The notes below the pieces were generated by a model. That model was not told the origin of the DNA. It saw only the letters and a list, made by a program, of their open reading frames with translations, and did no database searches. A DNA stretch of 24,281 nt from Bdellovibrionales bacterium. Its GTDB lineage: Bacteria; Bdellovibrionota; Bdellovibrionia; Bdellovibrionales; Bdellovibrionaceae. Positions 8,197-16,617 of the stretch are shown one piece after another. Numbering within the stretch: position 1 is the stretch's first letter; each line of letters begins with the position of its first letter. The translations under genes were made by a program, and so were the position numbers. The stretch lies in NCBI GenBank assembly GCA_031370005.1, contig JANMPT010000109.1, forward strand, positions 1 through 24,281. The letters are read 5' to 3'.

Positions 8197-9576
8197 GTGA
8201 TATTTGTAAAAATAAGTTTATTATTTTCTTTTCTAATGATCGCTTTTCCAGCAAATTCACAGCAAGTCTCGCTTGCAAAGTGGATGACATCGGAGGCTGA
8301 TTTTTCGCTGACACCAATGAGCCAGAACATCTCTCCGTCTGGAACCGTCCGCGGTGTCATCATCGCTTCTCCTTCACGTCAAGACCCAGACTATTATTTC
8401 CATTGGATTCGCGACTCCGCTCTGGTGATGGACACTCTACTGACACTGTCACCTGGGGCCTCCAATCAGTCACCTTGGCTTCTCCAAACTTTTGCGGATT
8501 ATGCGGCATTTTCCCGTGAGCTTCAATTGACCACGACCCTAACAGGCCTAGGCGAGCCCCGGTTTAATGTCGATGGAACTGCCTTCAATGGCCCCTGGGC
8601 ACGACCACAAAATGATGGCCCAGCCCTGCGGGTTCTAACGGTTTTACATAGCATTCAACGGTTCCACGCATCGACAGCCTTGTTGTCAACAATCCTGCAA
8701 ACGGATTTACGCTACATCTTAACTAACTTCCAAGTGCCCTCTTTCGATCTCTGGGAAGAGGTCAAAGGTGATCATTTTTATACTCGCCTCGTCCAGATGG
8801 CCGCACTAAGAGCAGGTCTTGACCATTTCGATCCCGGCTGGAATATCCCACGCCAAGATCTACAAACCGCAATCACCAGCTTGCAAAATGATCTCGATCT
8901 GCATTGGCGTAGTGACAAAAAATACTTTAGTGCCACCCTGAATCGAGTGGAAGGTGCCGAAGCCTATAAATTCACAGATCTCGACACCGCAGTGATTTTA
9001 GGTGTGCTTCATGCAAATCTAGATTCTGATAATTTCTCAGTAAGGGATGACAGGGTTCTTGCGACGGCTTCGCAATTAGAAACTGTTTTTCTCGCAATCT
9101 ATAACGTCAACGCAAATACCTATTCAACACCTTACCCAGTGGCTCCAGCCATCGGTCGCTATGCAGACGATGTTTATTTTGGCGGCAATCCTTGGTACAT
9201 CACAACCTCTGCTTTCGCAGAACTTAATTACCGCTTGTCTTTAAGCCTAGCAAAAAATAAATCATATATGATTACGGAATTAAACCTGCCTTTTCTCAAA
9301 AAAGCATTAGCTCTTCGTTCAGAAGCCAATGTGATCAAACTTAAAACCGGCGTGAACTTAAAGGGGCACCCCCATTTGTTGAAACTTCTTCAACAGGGCT
9401 TAAAAGCCAGGGGTGATCTTTTCATGGCCCGTCTCCGACTACATACCCCCCCTGAGGGGGCCATGGCTGAGCAATTTGAGCGCAACGATGGGCATCCTGT
9501 TTCGGCCCGGGATTTGACCTGGAGTTATGCCAGTTTTTTAAGTGCTTTCGAGTCGCGAAAAGCACTTTCTAAATAG
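8197..9576 (+). CDS. Secreted glucoamylase, GH15, fungal-type catalytic domain
   Basis: IIASPS..PDYYFHWIRDSAL, LGEPRFNVDG, WARPQNDGPALR, DLWEEV (acid Glu), AIGRY..D.Y.GGNPW, EQF (base Glu), SARDLTWSYASF. GTG start at 8197 preferred (G-rich SD upstream); TTG at 8182 is an alternative. Confidence 0.93.
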   Translation: MIFVKISLLFSFLMIAFPANSQQVSLAKWMTSEADFSLTPMSQNISPSGTVRGVIIASPSRQDPDYYFHWIRDSALVMDTLLTLSPGASNQSPWLLQTFADYAAFSRELQLTTTLTGLGEPRFNVDGTAFNGPWARPQNDGPALRVLTVLHSIQRFHASTALLSTILQTDLRYILTNFQVPSFDLWEEVKGDHFYTRLVQMAALRAGLDHFDPGWNIPRQDLQTAITSLQNDLDLHWRSDKKYFSATLNRVEGAEAYKFTDLDTAVILGVLHANLDSDNFSVRDDRVLATASQLETVFLAIYNVNANTYSTPYPVAPAIGRYADDVYFGGNPWYITTSAFAELNYRLSLSLAKNKSYMITELNLPFLKKALALRSEANVIKLKTGVNLKGHPHLLKLLQQGLKARGDLFMARLRLHTPPEGAMAEQFERNDGHPVSARDLTWSYASFLSAFESRKALSK

Positions 9577-9642
9577 AAATCCAGATTTTGAGTGACATTT
9601 CCGCCGCTCCTTGATTGATTCAGGGTCTTCCGGGAGGGCCTG

Positions 9643-12201
9643 ATGAGCTTATCGAATTTGACAAGCATCGTGTTAATCACTTTTCTCACTCTGACTGCAA
9701 CTGCCGCAAAAGCTGGGAAAACCCAGATTCGCCAAAATCAACTTTGGATCGACAATCAAGCTCAGCCGCAACTCTTCGGTGCTGAGGTCCAATACTTTCG
9801 CCTCCGCGGCGGAATTGAGCGCAACATCCCCAGGGCACAAGTAATGGCACTTTGGGCGCAGGCGCTGGATCGCATGGTCGAAGCAAAAATGAATGCGATC
9901 AGCTTTTATATCCCGTGGGATTTTCACGAATACGCATCAGGCAAATTTGATTTTGATGGCACGGCTGATGAGGATAATGATGGGCGTCCCGATTATCCCT
10001 CTCGAGATTTGAAAACTTTCTTAAAGATGATCGAGGCTCGCGGAATCCATCATATTTTAATTCGCCCAGGCCCATATATCAATGCTGAATGGGGTTTTTT
10101 GGGTTTTGGTGCCGTGCCATTGTGGTTCCATCAAAAATACCCTGAAAGCCACATGCAAAACGCCCAAGGCCTGCACACCAAGCTCTATGATTATCACAAC
10201 CCCGATCTTCTACGCCACACGCAGTTGTGGTTTCAAGAGTTATATCGCCAGGTCTTGAAATCAAAAATCGGTCCAGGAAAACCAATTTCATTCATCCAAA
10301 TCGACAACGAAACCAACTTCATGTGGCAATCACTCTATAATCATGATTATAGTCCACCTGCCATACATCGTTATCACGAATTCTTGCAATCAAAGTATCA
10401 TGATCTGGCAACTCTCAACTCCATTCATCACCGCACTTGGTCCCGCTGGGACGAGATCAGCGCTCCCACCGCCCCTGGTGCTAATATCGCCGAAGACCAA
10501 GATTGGTACCGCTTTTCCGACGAATCGATTTTTCTTTACCTACAGAAAATCCGCAAGCTTTGGGAAAACCTCGGCGTGCGCGAGCCAAACGTGATGTTTA
10601 CCTTGGCAGACAGTTACAATGCCACGCAAAATGGCCTGCTGCCGAATTACCAATTGCACAACACTCCTGGATTAACGGGCTTAATGACCGTCAATCTATA
10701 CCCGAAAACCTACGAAACCTCAGAGCATCCGCTGTTGAATCTGCCATTCAAAGCAGATCACGATGTCAAGGCTGCGGAAGCCGCTTCTGAACTCTATTTT
10801 GGCCGCGGCGAAAAATGGGCTATGGGTCCAGAAATCCAAGCCGGTTGGTGGCGCGGAATTGATGTGAGTTCTGAGGCCCGACAGCAAACTTATTTGACAG
10901 TTTTAGGACATGGCCTGAAAGCTATTTTCGTTTATTACTTCAATGAAGGTGACCAGTGGCAATCCGATTGGGCACAACAGCAGATCCGACCTCTGTTTGA
11001 AGATCTGAGCCGCGAGCCCCAATATGCCAATATTGCCGATAATCAATTGCCAAACGAATTTTGGCAGACCTTGCAAGACAGGGTTGATCATCGCATTTTA
11101 GTTGGCTTTGATGTTCGCTCGGTCTTACATGAAGACCAGCAAATCGCCGCACAACTTTATTTCGATGCCCCACTTGATCGTGATGCTCAACCACGCGATC
11201 ACTTCTTCCAGCTCAAGGAATTGGGCGAAAAATTGATGGCCCCTTATGGCCGTTGGCTTGGTCGCGCGGTTGAAACCACAGATCCTGTTTGCCTAATCAA
11301 AGATGTGAATGATCACGTCCCCAGTGCCCTAGCTGCCATTGACAGTGTCCAAATGAACAGCGATTGGAGTGCCGGCCTCGTAGCTTATGCAATGCGAGCT
11401 GGAATCAATGTCCGTATCTTCCACTGGGGGCTAAGTCCACAATCAGAACTGAACGACTGCCGACTTATCCTCCGGCAGGACCACGGCGAAACCTCGCAAA
11501 GCTTCGCACGAACTTTGAAGAAACTCATCGTTCAAGGTCACACAGTGGTGAATTTTTTAGATGATTCTTTGGCAACACAGATCGGAGTCGCTGTCGCAAA
11601 GACGCCGCAAGCAAACATGGCTCCAGTTCGTTTGACGTTTGATGGACAGTCCTTTGCGGCAGAGTCCAGTCCCTTGTTTCACTACAGCCTGCCCCTGGCC
11701 CCACATTGCTCCTCCATGCTCATGCATGAAGCTTTAGTAACTGGTTATAGCTGTTCTATTGGCAAAGGGTCGTTTCTTCAAGTAGGCGCACTGTTTTATA
11801 ATGTCTACAACTCAAACCAATATGCTCTGCTTTCTGACTTGCCGGAACGTGAGCGCTTTTTACAAAGTCTGCTGTCTTCGTTGAAAATCACGCCGGCTGT
11901 TCACGTCGATGCTGATAAAGTTGTCGCCTTCGCAAGACACGTCAACGGGGATTCGCACCTTTGGGTCACCGTCAAAAGCGCCCTGCCTCAAGCAGCACTG
12001 GTTCATGTTCAAGTTCGTGACCTTGATCCAGACCAGGAGTATTTGGTTCACAATTTATTAAACGGTGAACAACAACAGCTTTTGGGTGCAACGATTCAGC
12101 AAACTGGCTTTCCGGCACAGCTCAATAGCTTTGGCAGCACTGTCTTCTGGCTTGAACTGCACAAAAAAGCGAGCTTGCCAGACCAAACGCCAGGCCGCTG
12201 A
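9643..12201 (+). CDS. Secreted GH35-family glycosidase (beta-galactosidase-like; true substrate unknown)
   Basis: GGGAGG SD and signal peptide; GAEVQYFR, YIPWDFHE, GKFDF, LIRPGPYINAEW, IQIDNE (acid/base), PEIQAGW (nucleophile). Confidence 0.85.
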   Translation: MSLSNLTSIVLITFLTLTATAAKAGKTQIRQNQLWIDNQAQPQLFGAEVQYFRLRGGIERNIPRAQVMALWAQALDRMVEAKMNAISFYIPWDFHEYASGKFDFDGTADEDNDGRPDYPSRDLKTFLKMIEARGIHHILIRPGPYINAEWGFLGFGAVPLWFHQKYPESHMQNAQGLHTKLYDYHNPDLLRHTQLWFQELYRQVLKSKIGPGKPISFIQIDNETNFMWQSLYNHDYSPPAIHRYHEFLQSKYHDLATLNSIHHRTWSRWDEISAPTAPGANIAEDQDWYRFSDESIFLYLQKIRKLWENLGVREPNVMFTLADSYNATQNGLLPNYQLHNTPGLTGLMTVNLYPKTYETSEHPLLNLPFKADHDVKAAEAASELYFGRGEKWAMGPEIQAGWWRGIDVSSEARQQTYLTVLGHGLKAIFVYYFNEGDQWQSDWAQQQIRPLFEDLSREPQYANIADNQLPNEFWQTLQDRVDHRILVGFDVRSVLHEDQQIAAQLYFDAPLDRDAQPRDHFFQLKELGEKLMAPYGRWLGRAVETTDPVCLIKDVNDHVPSALAAIDSVQMNSDWSAGLVAYAMRAGINVRIFHWGLSPQSELNDCRLILRQDHGETSQSFARTLKKLIVQGHTVVNFLDDSLATQIGVAVAKTPQANMAPVRLTFDGQSFAAESSPLFHYSLPLAPHCSSMLMHEALVTGYSCSIGKGSFLQVGALFYNVYNSNQYALLSDLPERERFLQSLLSSLKITPAVHVDADKVVAFARHVNGDSHLWVTVKSALPQAALVHVQVRDLDPDQEYLVHNLLNGEQQQLLGATIQQTGFPAQLNSFGSTVFWLELHKKASLPDQTPGR

Positions 12202-12202
12202 C

Positions 12203-12229
12203 TCAGGATTTTTCTAATTAAACCGACAA
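12203..12229 (+). promoter_or_regulatory. Candidate sigma28 (FliA)-type promoter TCAG-N15-ACCGACAA
   Basis: 6/8 match to the GCCGATAA -10 box with canonical spacing, upstream of the OpgG-like gene. Confidence 0.35.
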
Positions 12230-12275
12230 GCAAGTTGGTGAAACAGAAAAAGAATGAATTGGCGGAGATTTTAAA

Positions 12276-13604
12276 ATGAAAACAACCTTGGCCTTTGTTG
12301 GATTTCTCTTTTTATTGGCATGTTCAACTTTCACAGCGCGACGACCTTCGTCAGAGGCCTCTTTTTTTTCAAGTAATTTCAAAAATACCGAAAAGATGGA
12401 CATCGAACGCCTGAGATCAGAGGCCTTTTCCCGCTGCCAGAGTCCCTTCAAGGCACCAATTGTAGAACCTGTAGCGATTCTTGACCCTCCCAAAAACGGA
12501 GGAGCTGACGCCGAGGGAATGGTTTATCAAGAGGAACTCTCCGTAAGAACGACAAACCTTTTAGATAGAGATGGGTTCTATTTTTCGCCACGACCGCGAG
12601 CCGCCGTTAACACACTTCCCATGGAGATATTTGTCGATAATGACAAAACTGGATTTTACCAGCGCAAAACCTGGGAAGATGCAAACCCGGATTACAATTC
12701 AAATCAGATCCAGCCACCGATCTTGAAAAGTGCCATTCCGCAGGCCGGCAGAGTCCTGACGGAACTCATTATTGGCCATCGCTCCCCCCAGGGCGATTAC
12801 CCACAACTCTTTGACCTTCGCTCCAGCGCTTATGTTCGCTTTGCGGGGTATCCTCCTCAAGTTACTGGGGCCTCACTGAGATTGGGTGCTCATAAAATTT
12901 TTAGTCTTGGCGGGAAAGATGAAATTAAACCGAAAGAAGATTTTCCAATTGTCCGCGCGCTTTTTGCTAGCGTGAGGGATCCAAAGACAGCAAATGCGCT
13001 TGTGCTTGTCGAGAGCGGCTTGCTTTGCGGTGCCTTAAGTATGGATATGAGTGAAGGCGAAAACGCCGAGATCTTGGTAGACAGCTATTGGTACACTCGC
13101 GACGATTTCAATTGGAAAGAAGACCCAAATACGGGACTAGTGGTATACAGCAGCATGTTGTGGAAAACCGAGAAGCAGACTCCGGAAAGAATTTCGGATG
13201 AAGCTCATGACTCTGATGTCCTAACAGTGAAGTCCGCAAGTGGTATTACTGATAGATACCCACTCGATCCACCACTGACCGGTTTGCGTGTGCGGGATCT
13301 GACAATGACGAGCGCCCAAGAACCTGTCGAATGGACCCTAGCAAATGAGGACCACGATCCTTCGCATTATGCAGATTTTCAGCCGGCTCTGGGCAACACA
13401 AATTATAATTTTCGCGCCAGCTACAAAGTGACCATCCTGGAAAGTAACATTAAAACCGGCGTGAGCCTTTACGAACAAGCCGCTGATGGAGAATACGGAG
13501 ACAATATTGTCGCCGCCACAACAATTCGTCAGAACATCAAAAAAGCAAGCAGCGTTGATCAATTCATTCGGTTCAAATACAAAACCACCGCTTTCTCATT
13601 TTGA
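12276..13604 (+). CDS. Divergent OpgG/OpgD (MdoG/MdoD, GH186)-like lipoprotein; putative beta-1,2-glucanase
   Basis: GGAG SD; lipobox LLAC. Colinear OpgG-like motifs recalled from E. coli MdoG: SAYVRF (ASYFR), TGASLR (YGLSAR), EDFP (EEFP), YSSMLW (LTSMFL), EAHDSD (ELHDSN), YNFRAS (YDLRPS), EYGDNIVA (ETNDNIVA). Appears to lack the C-terminal Ig-like domain. Confidence 0.7.
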   Translation: MKTTLAFVGFLFLLACSTFTARRPSSEASFFSSNFKNTEKMDIERLRSEAFSRCQSPFKAPIVEPVAILDPPKNGGADAEGMVYQEELSVRTTNLLDRDGFYFSPRPRAAVNTLPMEIFVDNDKTGFYQRKTWEDANPDYNSNQIQPPILKSAIPQAGRVLTELIIGHRSPQGDYPQLFDLRSSAYVRFAGYPPQVTGASLRLGAHKIFSLGGKDEIKPKEDFPIVRALFASVRDPKTANALVLVESGLLCGALSMDMSEGENAEILVDSYWYTRDDFNWKEDPNTGLVVYSSMLWKTEKQTPERISDEAHDSDVLTVKSASGITDRYPLDPPLTGLRVRDLTMTSAQEPVEWTLANEDHDPSHYADFQPALGNTNYNFRASYKVTILESNIKTGVSLYEQAADGEYGDNIVAATTIRQNIKKASSVDQFIRFKYKTTAFSF

Positions 13605-13729
13605 GACAGCCCTTTTTGGTTGGTCAGTGGATAGCAGGCTAACAGCCCCGACGGCCTCTTTTCGATGTGAAGCGTATATGGCCCGGCATCCCCTTTGCTT
13701 TATAAGTCCTTTATAGGAAGGACCCAGCA

Positions 13730-14518
13730 ATGCCCAAATGGACACTGTTTCTAGCAGCATTCATATTTATACAAGAAGCCACGGCAGGGTCGCTCAATGG
13801 CAAGGGCAAGGAAACAGAAAGCTCCGCATACTGTATCGAATGTATGAAGGCAAACAATACCTCTATGGATTCACTAAAAAAATTCACTCAGGAAATGCGA
13901 AATATGACTAATGGAGCCCTCGACATCGAGATTGCTTCTGACAAAATGAACTATAACAATAAATGCAATAATTTTGCTGCGGATGGAGCAATCAACAAGT
14001 GGGGGGCTGTAATTAATAAAGAAATTAGCCGACCAAAGTATTCAAGTCTCCTCACTGAGGGCCCTAAAGATATTATAAAATATTGTCCTAATTTTGATTC
14101 CATGAGCATACAAGAAAGAAAAGCATTGAATATTCTTATCCTCACCGCAATGGCGCATTATGAAAGCTCATGCAACTTTCGCGAGAAGGCCACTGGACCA
14201 AATGGCACGGCGGCAGGACTTTTACAGCTCCACAAAGGAAGGGAGCAAAATTATTCGTCAGGATGCCGTAAAGGCGACTCTAAAAGTCCTGAAAGATCAT
14301 TGATATGTGGCCTTTCCATGATTAACGATCAAATCAATCGCGGCGAAAATCTCTTCAGCTCTAATTCATACTGGGAAGTTTTACGTCCAGCTGGCAGATC
14401 CAGAAAAGCTAAAAAAATTATGGCCACAATTGCGCAATTTCCATCTTGTTCACTAAACACAGACCTAAGAGTCAGCGGCGCGAAGCGTAAGGCAAAAAAT
14501 CTTTTCGCGCAAAAGTAG
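13730..14518 (+). CDS. Secreted lytic transglycosylase (SLT-like), paralogous to 423-1190
   Basis: AGGAAGGA SD and signal peptide; YCPNF, AMAHYESSCN, AGLLQL, LICGLSMI, SYWEVL mirror FCPNY, AITKYES, GLLQL, LKCGVKIL, VYWSVI of the first SLT. Confidence 0.78.
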   Translation: MPKWTLFLAAFIFIQEATAGSLNGKGKETESSAYCIECMKANNTSMDSLKKFTQEMRNMTNGALDIEIASDKMNYNNKCNNFAADGAINKWGAVINKEISRPKYSSLLTEGPKDIIKYCPNFDSMSIQERKALNILILTAMAHYESSCNFREKATGPNGTAAGLLQLHKGREQNYSSGCRKGDSKSPERSLICGLSMINDQINRGENLFSSNSYWEVLRPAGRSRKAKKIMATIAQFPSCSLNTDLRVSGAKRKAKNLFAQK

Positions 14519-14550
14519 CCTAAGTCTAAAATTCTGCTAAGCTTTAATCT

Positions 14551-14841
14551 ATGAAAAGCTTTGCAGAATTTTGGCCATTTTATCTCAAAGAACATTCCAA
14601 TCCCTTAAACCGACGCCTTCATTTCGTCGGCACTTTTTTGGCTCACATCATTTTGATTTATAGCATTGCAACTCAACAATGGGGTCTCCTTTGGATAATT
14701 CCCATATTAGGTTACGGCTTTGCCTGGGTGGGACATTTTATTATTGAAAAAAACCGTCCAGCGACTTTCAAATACCCTGTTTGGAGTTTGATGGGTGATT
14801 TTAAAATGTTCTACTGGATGCTTCTGGGTAAGCTGAAGTAA
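14551..14841 (+). CDS. DUF962 / Mpo1-like membrane protein
   Basis: FWPFYLKEHSNPLNRRLHFVGT, GYGFAWVGHFIIEKNRPATF, SLMGDF. Confidence 0.88.
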   Translation: MKSFAEFWPFYLKEHSNPLNRRLHFVGTFLAHIILIYSIATQQWGLLWIIPILGYGFAWVGHFIIEKNRPATFKYPVWSLMGDFKMFYWMLLGKLK

Positions 14842-14843
14842 CT

Positions 14844-15752
14844 ATGAAAAATAAAATCGAAAAAGTGATCTCTGAAGCCTCTCTGATACTTCTGGATAAA
14901 AAAGTTGAAATTGAAAAATCCATTATTTGCATTCTCGCTCAAGGTCACTTATTGATTGAGGATGTTCCCGGCGTCGGCAAAACCACCTTGGTGCAACTTC
15001 TTGCCAGGTTGATGGGGCTACAAAGCTCTCGTGTTCAGTTCACCAACGATCTTTTGCCTGCTGATGTCCTCGGCAATATGATTTATGATAGTGACGCTAA
15101 AAATTTTAAATTCCATAAAGGACCTATTTTTGCGCAGCTGGTTTTAGCCGATGAACTTAATCGCGCCAATCCCCGCACGCAAAGCGCTTTGCTGCAAGCA
15201 ATGGAAGAGGCGGAAGTGACCCTCGATGGAAGTCACTACCCATTACCTGAACCTTTTTGTTTGATTGCAACACAAAATCCGCGCACACAAATTGGAACAT
15301 CCCCTTTGCCAGAAAGTCAGCTGGATCGTTTTTTAATGAGCTTAGAGCTTTCTCACGCCAATCCTGATGCGGAAAAAAAAATCATCCAAGGCCTAGATGC
15401 CCGTGAAAAGCTTAAGCATGTGCAAGCAGTTTTAAGCTCCCGCGATATAATTGAGATGCAAAAGGCTATCGAAGAAATTCACATCGCCGACAAAGTCGCA
15501 ATTTATATTAGCAACTTGTTACAGAGAAGCCGTCAAAAAGGCCAGACACCCCTTTCCATTCGCGCGGGCATGGCTCTCGCCAAGGCTGGACGGGCCTGTG
15601 CCTATTTGGCCGACCGCGATTACGTCCTTCCCGACGATATTCAAAAAATTTCCATTGAAGTCCTGGCTCATCGTTTGGGCGGGCTCGAAGGTGTTTCAAA
15701 AGGACGAGGTCTCGCCCATGAGCTTCTTCATGAAGTTGAAGTCATCTCCTAG
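14844..15752 (+). CDS. moxR: MoxR-family AAA+ ATPase
   Basis: GHLLIEDVPGVGKT, RVQFTNDLLPADV, GPIF, LADELNRA, TQSALLQAM, ATQNP, LPESQLDRF. Confidence 0.95.
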   Translation: MKNKIEKVISEASLILLDKKVEIEKSIICILAQGHLLIEDVPGVGKTTLVQLLARLMGLQSSRVQFTNDLLPADVLGNMIYDSDAKNFKFHKGPIFAQLVLADELNRANPRTQSALLQAMEEAEVTLDGSHYPLPEPFCLIATQNPRTQIGTSPLPESQLDRFLMSLELSHANPDAEKKIIQGLDAREKLKHVQAVLSSRDIIEMQKAIEEIHIADKVAIYISNLLQRSRQKGQTPLSIRAGMALAKAGRACAYLADRDYVLPDDIQKISIEVLAHRLGGLEGVSKGRGLAHELLHEVEVIS

Positions 15753-16617
15753 GTTTCGTGAAAAACGCGGAAAAACATATATTATGCCCACTCTTTATGG
15801 AGCGAGTTTCGGTCTTGTTTGCCTTTTGCTTTTTGGCATCGCTTTTGCGAGTACAAATAATGCGGTGTATTTTTTATGTTTTTTCATGGCCGCCCTGGGT
15901 AGCCAGAGCTTGGTTCACACCAATAGCAATACAGAAAAAATCGAAATCACACACCTCAGAGCTGAAGATTTTTTCGCCAACGAACCCAGCGCTATTTACG
16001 TAAATGTTTATAACCCCACACAAAGGGATCTACAAAATATACAATTTAAATTCTCAGAAAATTTTCAAACCTCGGTCGAAAAAATTAAAAAAGGCGAGCG
16101 GCAGGAAATCATAGTGCCCTACACAACTGTGAATTTCGGATTTCTACAAATTCCTAATTTAAATATCTCCTCTGATTTTCCATTCCACTTTTCGCGTAGC
16201 TGGAAAAAATATTATAGCGACCTCACTATTTGCGTTTACCCAGCAAAAAAAGGTTTCTCACAATTTGCAAAGGCCGCTTTTATTCAGAGAAGTCCGGAAT
16301 CCCAAAGCCTTGATGATTTTAAAGGCCATCGCGAGTATCAAAAGACCGATTCCCCTCGAAGTATTGATTGGAAAGTTTCAGCCCGGATGCAAAAGGCTAT
16401 GGTTAGGGAATATGACCCACAAGATTCCCGCAAGATCACTTTACGTTGGGAGGATTGTCTTCAAACGCTGGCGAGTGAAAAAAAATCGCAACTTAGTCTT
16501 TGGATCGACTTGGCCGAAAAAAATAATTATTCCTACGCCCTTGAGCTGCCAAACAGGTCTCTGCCCTTTGGAAGTGGCCCTCAGCATAGAACCCTGTGCC
16601 TGAGGGCTTTGGTATGA
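15718..16617 (+). CDS. DUF58 domain protein
   Basis: YIMPT..G, two N-terminal TM segments, VYP, DFKGHREYQKTDSPRSIDWK, MVREY. Start at ATG 15718 (GAGGT SD) or 15730, not the track's 15451. Confidence 0.88.
   Translation: MSFFMKLKSSPRFREKRGKTYIMPTLYGASFGLVCLLLFGIAFASTNNAVYFLCFFMAALGSQSLVHTNSNTEKIEITHLRAEDFFANEPSAIYVNVYNPTQRDLQNIQFKFSENFQTSVEKIKKGERQEIIVPYTTVNFGFLQIPNLNISSDFPFHFSRSWKKYYSDLTICVYPAKKGFSQFAKAAFIQRSPESQSLDDFKGHREYQKTDSPRSIDWKVSARMQKAMVREYDPQDSRKITLRWEDCLQTLASEKKSQLSLWIDLAEKNNYSYALELPNRSLPFGSGPQHRTLCLRALV

Noticed and set aside
15451..15717. Long N-terminal extensions given by the ORF track (DUF58 from 15451; also ABC-F from 20256, helicase from 20213, array genes +14 codons)
   Set aside because: They overlap neighbouring genes or lack an SD; downstream starts fit family N-termini, SD position and signal peptides better.
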